A stretch of 64,000 nucleotides of DNA, from assembly GCA_964016885.1 (NCBI GenBank), contig CAXHJY010000279.1, forward strand, positions 125,510 through 189,509, written 5' to 3'. Below are positions 24,001 to 36,000 of this stretch, in pieces (the stretch's first letter is position 1; every line of letters starts with the position of its first letter). The translations under genes and the position numbers were made by a program. The DNA is from Eledone cirrhosa. Lineage: Eukaryota. Under the pieces are notes generated by a model. It worked only from the letters and a program-made list of their open reading frames with translations. It ran no database searches and was not told the origin of the DNA.

Positions 24001-27000
24001 GTGGTTGTGTGAATGAAGGAATGGTTGTGTGAATGAAAGAATGGTTGTGTGAATGAAGGAGTGGTTGTGTGAATGAAGGAGTGGTTGTGTGAATGAAGGA
24101 GCGGTTGTGTGAATGAAGGAGCGGTTGTGTGAACGAAGGAGTGGTTGTGTGAACGAAGGAGTGGTTGTGTGAATGAAGGAGTTGTTGTGTGAATGAAGGA
24201 GTGGTTGTGTGAACGAAGGAGTGGTTGTGTGAATGAAGGAGTTGTTGTGTGAAGGAAGGAGTGGTTGTGTGAATGAAGGAATGGTTGTGTGAATGAAGGA
24301 GTTGTGTGAATGAAGGAGTGGTTGTGTGAATGAAGGAGTGGTTGTGTGAATGAAGGAGTGGTTGTGTGAATGAAGGAGTGGTTGTGTGAACGAAGGAGTG
24401 GTTGTGTGAATGAAGAAGTGGTTGTGTGAATGAAGGAGTGGTTGTGCGAATGAAGGAATGGTTGTGTGAATGAAGGAGTGGTTGTGTGAATGAAGGAGTG
24501 GTTGTGTGAATGAAGGAGTGGTTGCGTGAACGAAGGAGTGGTTGTGTAAATGAAGGAATGGTTGTGTGAATGAAAGAGTCGTGTGTGAATGAAGGAATGG
24601 TTCTGTGAACGAAGGAATGGTTGTGTGAACGAAAGAATGGTTGTGTGAATGAAGGAGTGGTTGTGTGAACGAAGGAGTGGTTGTGTGAATGAAGGAGTGG
24701 TTGTGTGAATGAAGGAGTGGTTGTGAGAACGAAGAAGTGGTTGTGTGAACGAAGGAATGGTTGTCAGAACGAAGGAATGGTTGTGTGAATGAAGGAGTGG
24801 TTGTGTGAATGAAGGAATGGTTGTGTGAACGAAGGAATGGTTGTATGAACGAAGGAATGGTTGTATGAATGAAGGAGTGGTTGTGTGAATGAAGGAATGG
24901 TTGTGTGAAGGGTGTGGTTGTGTAAATGAAAGAGTGGTTGTGTGAATGAAGGAGTGGTTGTGAGAACGAAGAAGTGGTTGTGTGAACGAAGGTATGGTTG
25001 TGAGAACGAAGGAATGGTTGTGAGAACGAAGGAGTGGTTGTGTGAATGAAGGAGAGGTTGTGTGAATGAAGGAGTGGTTGTATGAATGAAGGAGTGGGTG
25101 TGTGAATGAAGGAATGATTGTGTGAAGGGTGTGGTTGTGTAAATGAAAGAGTGGTTGTGTGAATGAAGGAGTGGTTGTGTGAATGAAAGAGTCGTGTGTG
25201 AATGAAGGAGTGGTTGTGTGAATGAAGGAATGGTTGTGTGAATGAAAGAGTGGTTGTGTGAATGAAGGAGTGGTTGTGTGAATGAAAGAGTGGTTGTGTG
25301 AATGAAGGAATAGTTGTGTGAATGAAGGAATGGTTGTGTGAATGAAAGAGTGGTTGTGTGAATGAAGGAATGGTTGTGTGAATGAAAGAGTGGTTGTGTG
25401 AATGAAGGAGTGGTTGTGTGAATGAAGGAGTGGTTGTGTGAATGAAGGAATGGTTGTGTGAATGAAGGATTGGTTGTGTGAATGAAGGAGTGGTTGTGTG
25501 AATGAAGGAGTGGTTGTGTGAATGAAGGAGCGGTTGTGTGAATGAAGGAGCGGTTGTGTGAACGAAGGAGTGGTTGTGTGAACGAAGGAGTGGTTGTGTG
25601 AATGAAGGAGTGGTTGTGTGAATGAAGGAGTGGTTGTGTGAATGAAGGAGTGGTTGTGTGAATGAAGGAGCGGTTGTGTGAACGAAGGAGTGGTTGTGTG
25701 AACGAAGGAGTTTTTGTGTGAATGAAGGAGTGGTTGTGTGAATGAAGGAGTTGTTGTGTGAATGAAGGAGTGGTTGTGTGAAGGAAGGAGTGGTTGTGTG
25801 AATGAAGGAGTGGTTGTGTGAATGAAGGAATGGTTGTGTGAATGAAGGAGTTGTGTGAATGAAGGAGTGGTTGTGTGAATGAAGGAGTGGTTGTGTGAAT
25901 GAAGGAGTGGTTGCGTGAACGAAGGAATGGTTGTGTGAATGAAGGAGTTGTTGTGTGAATGAAGGAATGGTTGTGTGAATGAAAGTGTGGTTGTGTGAAT
26001 GAAAGAGTCGTGTGTGAATGATGGAGTGGTTGTGTGAATGAAGGAGTGGTTGTGTGAACGAAAGAATGGTTGTGTGAATGAAGGAATGGTTGTGTGAATG
26101 AAGGAGTGGTTGTGTGAATGAAGGAATGGTTGTGTGAACGAAGGAATGGTTGTATGAATGAAGGAGTGGTTGTGTGAATGAAGGAATGGTTGTGTGAAGG
26201 GTGTGGTTGTGTAAATGAAAGAGTGGTTGTGTGAATGAAGGAGTGGTTGTGAGAACGAAGAAGTGGTTGTGTGAACGAAGGTATGGTTGTGAGAACGAAG
26301 GAATGGTTGTGAGAACGAAGGAGTGGTTGTGTGAATGAAGGAGAGGTTGTGTGAATGAAGGAGTGGTTGTATGAATGAAGGCGTGGTTGTGTGAATGAAG
26401 GAATGATTGTGTGAAGGGTGTGGTTGTGTAAATGAAAGAGTGGTTGTGTGAATGAAGGAGTGGTTGTGTGAATAAAAGAGTCGTGTGTGAATGAAGGAGT
26501 GGTTGTGTGAATGAAGGAATGGTTGTGTGAATGAAAGAGTGTTTGTGTGAATGAAGGAGTGGTTGTGTGAATGAAAGAGTGGTTGTGTGAATGAAGGAAT
26601 AGTTGTGTGAATGAAGGAATGGTTGTGTGAATGAAAGAGTGGTTGTGTGAATGAAGGAATGGTTTTTTGAATGAAAGAGTGGTTGTGTGAATGAAGGAGT
26701 GGTTGTGTGAATGAAGGAGTGGTTGTGTGAATGAAGGAGTGGTTGTGTGAATGAAGGAATGGTTGTGTGAATGAAGGAATGGTTGTGTGAATGAAGGAGT
26801 GGTTGTGTGAATGAAGGAGCGGTTGTGTGAACGAAGGAGCGGTTGTGTGAACGAAGGAGTGGTTGTGTGAACGAAGGAGTGGTTGTGTGAATGAAGGAGT
26901 GGTTGTGTGAATGAAGGAGTGGTTGTGTGAATGAAGGAGTGGTTGTGTGAATGAAGGAGCGGTTGTGTGAATGAAGGAGCGGTTGTGTGAACGAAGGAGT

Positions 27001-30000
27001 GGTTGTGTGAACGAAGGAGTGGTTGTGTGAATGAAGGAGTGGTTGTGTGAATGAAGGAATGGTTGTGTGAATGAAAGAGTCATGTGTGAATGAAGGAGTG
27101 GTTGTGTGAATGAAGGAATGGTTGTGTGAACGAAGGAGTGGTTGTGTGAATGAAGGAGTGGTTGTGTGAATGAAGGAGTGGTTGTGTGAATGAAGGAGTG
27201 GTTATGTGAATGAAGGAGTGGTTGTGTGAATGAAGCAGTGGTTGTGTGAACGAAGGAGTGGTTGTGTGAATGAAGGAGTGGTTGTGTGAATGAAGGAGTG
27301 GTTGTGTGAATGAAGGAGTGGTTGTGTGAATGAAGGAATGGTTGTGTGAATGAAGGAGTTGTGTGAATGAAGGAGTGGTTGTGTGAATGAAGGAGTGGTT
27401 GTGTGAATGAAGGGGTGGTTGTGTGAATGAAGAAGTGTTTGTGTGAATGAAGGAGTGGTTGTGCGAATGAAGGAATGGTTGTGTGAATGAAGGAGTGGTT
27501 GTGTGAATGAAGGAGTGGTTGTGTGAATGAAGGAGTGGTTCTGTGAATGAAGGAGTGGTTGCGTGAACGAAGGAATGGTTGTGTGAATGAAGAAGTGGTT
27601 GTGTAAATGAAGGAATGGTTGTGTGAATGAAAGAGTGGTTGTGTGAATGAAAGAGTCGTGTGTGAATGAAGGAGTGGTTGTGTGAATGAAGGAATGGTTG
27701 TGTGAATGAAGGAATGGTTGTGTGAACGAAAGAATGGTTGTGTGAATGAAGGAATGGATGTGTGAATGAAGGAGTGGTTGTGTGAATGAAGGAATGGTTG
27801 TGAATGAAGCAGTGTTTGTGTGAAGGAAGGAGTGGTTGTGTGAATGAAGGAGTGGTTGTGTGAATGGTGGAATGGTTGTGTGAATGAAGGAGTGGTTGTG
27901 TGAATGAAGGAGTGGTTGTGTGAATGAAGGAATGGTTGTGTGAATGAAGGAATGGTTGTGTGAATGAAGGAATGGTTGTGTGAATGAAAGAGTGGTCGTG
28001 TGAATGAAGGAGTGGTTGTGTGAATAAAGGAGTGGTTGTGTGAATGAAGGAATGGTTGTGTGAATAAAGGAATGGTTGTGTGAATAAAGGAATGGTTGTG
28101 TGAATGAAGGAATGGTTGTGTGAATGAAAGAGTGGTTGTGTGAATGAAGGAGTGGTTGTGTGAATAAAGGAGTGGTTGTGTGAATGAAGGAATGGTTGTG
28201 TGAATGAAGGAATGGTTGTGTGAATGAAAGAGTGGTTGTGTGAATGAAGGAATGGTTGTGTGAATGAAGGAATGGTTGTGTGAATGAAGGAATGGTTGTG
28301 TGAATGAAGTAATGGTTGTGTGAATGAAGGAGTGGTTGCGTGAACGAAGGAGTGGTTGTGTGAATGAAGGAGTGGTTGTGTGAATGAAGGAATGGTTGTG
28401 TGAATGAAAGAGTCGTGTGAATGAAGGAGTGGTTGTGTGAATGAAGGAATGGTTGTGTGAACGAAGGAGTGGTTGTGTGAACGAAGGAGTGGTTGTGTGA
28501 ATGAAGGAGTGGTTGTGTGAATGAAGGAGTGGTTGTCTGAATGAAGGAGTGGTTATGTGAATGAAGGAGTGGTTGTGTGAATGAAGGAGTGGTTGTGTGA
28601 ATGAAGGAGTGGTTGTGTGAACGAACGAATGGTTGTGTGAATGAAGGAATGGTTGTGTGAATGAAGGAGTGGTTGTGTGAATGAAGGAGTCGTTGTGTGA
28701 ATGAAGGAGTTGTTGTGTGAATGAAGGAGTTGTTGTTTGAAGGAAGGAGTGGTTGTGTGAAGGAAGGAGTGTTTGTGTGAATGAAGGAGTGGTTGTGTGA
28801 ATGAAGGAATGGTTGTGTGAATGAAGGAGTGGTTGTGTGAATGAAGGAGTGGTTGTGTGAATGAAGGAGTGGTTGCGTGAACGAAGGAATGGTTGTGTGA
28901 ATGAAGGAGTTGTTGTGTGAATGAAGGAATGATTGTGTGAATGAAAGTGTGGTTGTGTGAATGAAAGAGTCGTGTGTGAATGATGGAGTGGTTGTGTTAA
29001 TGAAGGAGTGGTTGTGTGAACGAAAGAATGGTTGTGTGAATGAAGGAATGGTTGTGTGAATGAAGGAGTGGTTGTGTGAATGAAGGAATGGTTGTGTGAA
29101 CGAAGGAATGGTTGTATGAATGAAGGAGTGGTTGTGTGAATGAAGGAATGGTTGTGTGAAGGGTGTGGTTGTGTAAATGAAAGAGTGGTTGTGTGAATGA
29201 AGGAGTGGTTGTGAGAACGAAGAAGTGGTTGTGTGAACGAAGGTATGGTTGTGAGAACGAAGGAATGGTTGTGAGAACGAAGGAGTGGTTGTGTGAATGA
29301 AGGAGAGGTTGTGTGAATGAAGGAGTGGTTGTATGAATGAAGGAGTGGTTGTGTGAATGAAGGAATGATTGTGTGAAGGGTGTGGTTGTGTAAATGAAAG
29401 AGTGGTTGTGTGAATGAAGGAGTGGTTGTGTGAATGAAAGAGTGTTTGTGTGAATGAAGGAGTGGTTGTGTGAATGAAAGAGTGGTTGTGTGAATGAAGG
29501 AATAGTTGTGTGAATGAAGGAATGGTTGTGTGAATGAAAGAGTGGTTGTGTGAATGAAGGAATGGTTGTGTGAATGAAAGAGTGGTTGTGTGAATGAAGG
29601 AGTGGTTGTGTGAATGAAGGAGTGGTTGTGTGAATGAAGGAGTGGTTGTGTGAATGAAGGAATGGTTGTGTGAATGAAGGAATGGTTGTGTGAATGAAGG
29701 AGTGGTTGTGTGAATGAAGGAGTGGTTGTGTGAATGAAGGAGCGGTTGTGTGAACGAAGGAGCGGTTGTGTGAACGAAGGAGTGGTTGTGTGAACGAAGG
29801 AGTGGTTGTGTGAATGAAGGAGTGGTTGTGTGAATGAAGGAGTGGTTGTGTGAATGAAGGAGTGGTTGTGTGAATGAAGGAGCGGTTGTGTGAATGAAGG
29901 AGCGGTTGTGTGAACGAAGGAGTGGTTGTGTGAACGAAGGAGTGGTTGTGTGAATGAAGGAGTGGTTGTGTGAATGAAGGAATGGTTGTGTGAATGAAAG

Positions 30001-33000
30001 AGTCATGTGTGAATGAAGGAGTGGTTGTGTGAATGAAGGAATGGTTGTGTGAACGAAGGAGTGGTTGTGTGAATGAAGGAGTGGTTGTGTGAATGAAGGA
30101 GTGGTTGTGTGAATGAAGGAGTGGTTATGTGAATGAAGGAGTGGTTGTGTGAATGAAGGAGTGGTTGTGTGAACGAAGGAGTGGTTGTGTGAATGAAGGA
30201 GTGGTTGTGTGAAGGAAGGACTGGTTGTGTGAATGAAGGAGTGGTTGTGTGAATGAAGGAATGGTTGTGTGAATGAAGGAGTTGTGTGAATGAAGGAGTG
30301 GTTGTGTGAATGAAGGAGTGGTTGTGTGAATGAAGGGGTGGTTGTGTGAATGAAGAAGTGTTTGTGTGAATGAAGGAGTGGTTGTGCGAATGAAGGAATG
30401 GTTGTGTGAATGAAGGAGTGGTTGTGTGAATGAAGGAGTGGTTGTGTGAATGAAGGAGTGGTTCTGTGAATGAAGGAGTGGTTGCGTGAACGAAGGAATG
30501 GTTGTGTGAATGAAGAAGTGGTTGTGTAAATGAAGGAATGGTTGTGTGAATGAAAGAGTGGTTGTGTGAATGAAAGAGTCGTGTGTGAATGAAGGAGTGG
30601 TTGTGTGAATGAAGGAATGGTTGTGTGAATGAAGGAATGGTTGTGTGAACGAAAGAATGGTTGTGTGAATGAAGGAATGGATGTGTGAATGAAGGAGTGG
30701 TTGTGTGAATGAAGGAATGGTTGTGAATGAAGCAGTGTTTGTGTGAAGGAAGGAGTGGTTGTGTGAATGAAGGAGTGGTTGTGTGAATGGTGGAATGGTT
30801 GTGTGAATGAAGGAGTGGTTGTGTGAATGAAGGAGTGGTTGTGTGAATGAAGGAATGGTTGTGTGAATGAAGGAATGGTTGTGTGAATGAAGGAATGGTT
30901 GTGTGAATGAAAGAGTGGTCGTGTGAATGAAGGAGTGGTTGTGTGAATAAAGGAGTGGTTGTGTGAATGAACGAATGGTTGTGTGAATAAAGGAATGGTT
31001 GTGTGAATAAAGGAATGGTTGTGTGAATGAAGGAATGGTTGTGTGAATGAAAGAGTGGTTGTGTGAATGAAGGAGTGGTTGTGTGAATAAAGGAGTGGTT
31101 GTGTGAATGAAGGAATGGTTGTGTGAATGAAGGAATGGTTGTGTGAATGAAAGAGTGGTTGTGTGAATGAAGGAATGGTTGTGTGAATGAAGGAATGGTT
31201 GTGTGAATGAAGGAATGGTTGTGTGAATGAAGGAATGGTTGTGTGAATGAAGGAGTGGTTGCGTGAACGAAGGAGTGGTTGTGTGAATGAAGGAGTGGTT
31301 GTGTGAATGAAGGAATGGTTGTGTGAATGAAAGAGTCGTGTGAATGAAGGAGTGGTTGTGTGAATGAAGGAATGGTTGTGTGAACGAAGGAGTGGTTGTG
31401 TGAACGAAGGAGTGGTTGTGTGAATGAAGGAGTGGTTGTGTGAATGAAGGAGTGGTTGTCTGAATGAAGGAGTGGTTATGTGAATGAAGGAGTGGTTGTG
31501 TGAATGAAGGAGTGGTTGTGTGAATGAAGGAGTGGTTGTGTGAACGAACGAATGGTTGTGTGAATGAAGGAATGGTTGTGTGAATGAAGGAGTGGTTGTG
31601 TGAATGAAGGAGTCGTTGTGTGAATGAAGGAGTTGTTGTGTGAATGAAGGAGTTGTTGTTTGAAGGAAGGAGTGGTTGTGTGAAGGAAGGAGTGTTTGTG
31701 TGAATGAAGGAGTGGTTGTGTGAATGAAGGAATGGTTGTGTGAATGAAGGAGTTGTGTGAATGAAGGAGTGGTTGTGTGAATGAAGGAGTGGTTGTGTGA
31801 ATGAAGGAGTGGTTGCGTGAACGAAGGAATGGTTGTGTGAATGAAGGAGTTGTTGTGTGAATGAAGGAATGGTTGTGTGAATGAAAGTGTGGTTGTGCGA
31901 ATGAAAGAGTCGTGTGTGAATGATGGAGTGGTTGTGTGAATGAAGGAATGGTTGTGTGGACGAAGGAGTGGTTGTGTGAATGAAGGAATGGATGTGTGAA
32001 TGAAGGAGTGGTTGTATGAATGAAGGAGTGGCTGTGTGAATGAAGGAATGGTTGTGTGAACGAAGGAATGGTTGTATGAATGAAGGAGTGGTTGTGTGAA
32101 TGAAGGAATGGTTGTGTGAAGGGTGTGGTTGTGTAAATGAAAGAGTGGTTGTGTGAATGAAGGAGTGGTTGTGAGAACGAAGAAGTGGTTGTGTGAACGA
32201 AGGAATGGTTGTGAGAACGAAGGAATGGTTGTGAGAACGAAGCAGTGGTTGTGTGAATGAAGGAGAGGTTGTGTGAATGATGGAGTGGTTGTATGAATGA
32301 AGGAGTGGTTGTGTGAATGAAGGAATGGTTGTGTGAAGGGTGTGGTTGTGTAAATGAAAGAGTGGTTGTGTGAATGAAGGAGTGGTTGTGTGAATGAAAG
32401 AGTCGTGTGTGAATGAAGGAGTGGTTGTGTGAATGAAGGAATGCTTGTGTGAATGAAAGAGTGGTTGTGTGAATGAAGGAGTGGTTGTGTGAATGAAAGA
32501 GTGGTTGTGTGAATGAAGGAGTGGTTGTGTGAATGAAGGAATGGTTGTGTGAATGAAAGATTGGTTGTGTGAATGAAGGAGTGGTTGTGTGAATGAAGGA
32601 GTGGTTGTGTGAATGAAGGAATGGTTGTGTGAATGAAGGAATGGTTGTGTGAATGAAAGAGTGGTTGTGTGAATGAAGGAATGGTTGTGTGAATGAAAGA
32701 ATGGTTGTGTGAATGAAGGAGTGGTTGTGTGAATGAAGGAGCGGTTGTGTGAATGAAGGAGCGGTTGTGTGAACGAAGGAGTGGTTGTGTGAACGAAGGA
32801 GTGGTTGTGTGAATGAAGGAGTTGTTGTGTGAATGAAGGAGTGGTTGTGTGAACGAAGGAGTGGTTGTGTGAATGAAGGAGTTGTTGTGTGAAGGAAGGA
32901 GTGGTTGTGTGAATGAAGGAATGGTTGTGTGAATGAAGGAGTTGTGTGAATGAAGGAGTGGTTGTGTGAATGAAGGAGTGGTTGTGTGAATGAAGGAGTG

Positions 33001-36000
33001 GTTGTGTGAACGAAGGAGTGGTTGTGTGAATGAAGAAGTGGTTGTGTGAATGAAGGAGTGGTTGTGCGAATGAAGGAATGGTTGTGTGAATGAAGGAGTG
33101 GTTGTGTGAATGAAGGAGTGGTTGTGTGAATGAAGGAGTGGTTGCGTGAACGAAGGAATGGTTGTGTGAATGAAGGAGTGGTTGTGTGAATGAAGGAATG
33201 GTTGTGTGAATGAAAGAGTCGTGTGTGAATGAAGGAATGGTTCTGTGAACGAAGGAATGGTTGTGTGAACGAAAGAATGGTTGTGTGAATGAAGGAGTGG
33301 TTGTGTGAACGAAGGAGTGGTTGTGTGAATGAAGGAGTTGTTGTGTGAATGAAGGAGTGGTTGTGTGAATGAAGGAGTGGTTGTGTGAATGAACGAGTGG
33401 TTGTGTGAATGAAGGAGTGGTTGTGTGAATGAAGGAATGGTTGTGTGAACGAAGGAATGGTTGTGAGAATGAAGGAGTGGTTGTATGAATGAAAGAGTGG
33501 TTGTGTGAATGAAGGAGTGGTTGTGTGAATGAAGGAGTGGCTGTGTGAATGAAAGAATGGTTGTGTGAATGAAGGAGTGGTTGTGTGAATGAAGGAATGG
33601 TTGTGTGAATGAAGCAGTGTTTGTGTGAAGGAAGGAGTGGTTGTGTGAATGAAGGAGTGGTTGTGTGAATGGTGGAATGGTTGTGTGAATGAAAGAGTGG
33701 TTGTGTGAATGAAGGAGTGGTTGTGTGAATGAAGGAGGTGTTGTGTGAATGAAAGAGTGGTTGTGTGAATGAAGGAGTGGTTGTGAGAATGAAGGAGAGG
33801 TTGTGAGAACGAAGGGGTGGTTGTGAGAACGGAGTGGTTGTGTGAACGAAGGAGTGGTTGTGTGAATGAAGGAGTGATTGTGTGAATGAAGAAGTGGTTG
33901 TGTGAATGAAGGAGTGGTTGTGTGAATGAAGGAGTGGTTGTGTGAAGGAAGGAGTGGTTGTGTGAACGAAGGAATGGTTGTGTGAATGAAAGAGTGGTTG
34001 TGTGAATGAAAGAGTGGTTGTGTGAATGAAGGAGTGGTTGTGTGAATGAAGGAGTGGTTGTGTGAATGAAGGAGTGGTTGTGTGAATGAAAGAGTGGTTG
34101 TGTGAATAAAAGAGTGGTTGTGTGAATGAAAGAGTGGTTGTGTGAATGAAGGAGTGGTTGTGTGAATGAAGGAGTGGTTGTGTGAATGAAGGAATGGTTG
34201 TGTGAATGAAGGAGTGGTTGTGTGAATGAAAGTATGGTTGTGTGAATGAAGGAGTAGTTGTGTGAATGAAGGAATGGTTGTGTGAATGAAAGAGTGGTTG
34301 TGTGAATGAAAGAGTGGTTGTGTGAATGAAGGAATAGTTGTGTGAATGAAGGAATGGTAGTGTGAATGAAGGAGTGGTTGTGTGAATGAAGGAGTGGTCG
34401 TGTGAATGAAGGAATGGTTGTGTGAATGAAGGAGTGGTTGTGTGAATGAAGGAGTGGTTGTGTGAATGAGGGAGTGGTTGTGAGAACGATGAAGTGGTTG
34501 TGTGAACGAAGGAATGGTTGTGAGAACGAAGGAATGGTTGTGAGAACGAAGGAGTGGTTGTGTGAATGAAGGAGTGGTTGTGTGAATGAAGGAGTGGTTG
34601 CATGAATGAAGGAGTGGTTGTGTGAATGAAGGAATGGTTGTGTGAATGAAGGGGTGTTTGTGTGAATGAAAGAATGGTTGTGTGAATGAAAGAGTGGTTG
34701 TCTGAATGAAGGAATGGTTGTGAGAACGAAGGGGTGGTTGTGAGAACGAAGGAGTGGTTGCGTGAATGAAGGAATGGTTGTGTGAACGAAGGAGTGGTTG
34801 TGTGAATGAAGGAATGCTTGTGTGAATGAAAGAGTGGTTGTGTGAATGAAAGAGTGGTTGTATGAATGAAGGAGTGGTTGTGTGAATGAAGGAGTCGTTG
34901 TGTGAACGAAGGAGTGGTTGTGTGAATGAAGGAATGGTTGTGTGAATGAAGGAGTGGTTGTGTGAACGAAGGAGTGGTTGTGTGAACGAAGGAGTGGTTG
35001 TGTGAATGAAGGAGTGGTTGTGTGAATGAAGGAGTGGTTGTGTGAATGAAGGAGTGGTTGTGTGAATGAAGGAGTGGTTGTGTGAATGAAAGAGTGTTTG
35101 TGTGAATGAAGGAGTGGTTGTGTGAATGACGGAGTGGTTGTGTGAATGAAGGAATGGTTGTGTGAATGAAAGAGTGTTTGTGTGAATGAAAGAGTCTTGT
35201 GTAAATGGAGGAGTGGTTGTGTGAACGAAGGAGTGGTTGTGTGAACGAAAGAATGGTTGTGTGAATGAAGGAATGGTTGTGTGAATGAAGGAGTGGTTGT
35301 GTGAATGAAGGAATGGTTGTGTGAATGAAAGAGTGGTTGTGTGAATGAAAGAGTGGTTGTGTGAATGAAGGAATAGTTGTGTGAATGAAGGAATGGTTGT
35401 GTGAATGAAAGAGTGGTTGTGTGAATGAAGGAGTGGTTGTGTGAATGAAGGAGTGGTTGTGTGAATGAAGGAATGGTTGTGTGATTGAAGGAATGCTAGT
35501 GTGAATGAAGGAGTGGTTGTGTGAATGAAGGAGTGGTTGTGTGAATGAAGGAGAGGTTGTGTGAATGAAGGAGTGGTTGTGTGAATGAAGGAGTGGTTGT
35601 GAGAACGAAGAAGTGGTTGTGTGAACGAAGGAATGGTTGTCAGAACGAAGGAATGGTTGTGAGAACGAAGGAGTGGTTGTGTGAATGAAGGAGTGGTTGT
35701 GTGAATGAAGGAGTGGTTGTATGAATGAAGGAGTGGTTGTGTGAATGAAGGAATGGTTGTGTGAATGGTGTGGTTGTGTAAATGAAAGAGTGGTTGTGTG
35801 AATGAAGGGGTGGTTGTGTGAATGAAAGAATGGTTGTGTGAATGAAAGAGTGGTTGTCTGAATGAAGGAATGGATGTGAGAACGAAGGGGTGGTTGTGAG
35901 AACGAAGGAGTGGTTGTGTGAATGAAGGAATGGTTGTGTGAACGAAGGAGTGGTTGTGTGAATGAAGGAATGCTTGTGTGAATGAAAGAGTGGTTGTGTG

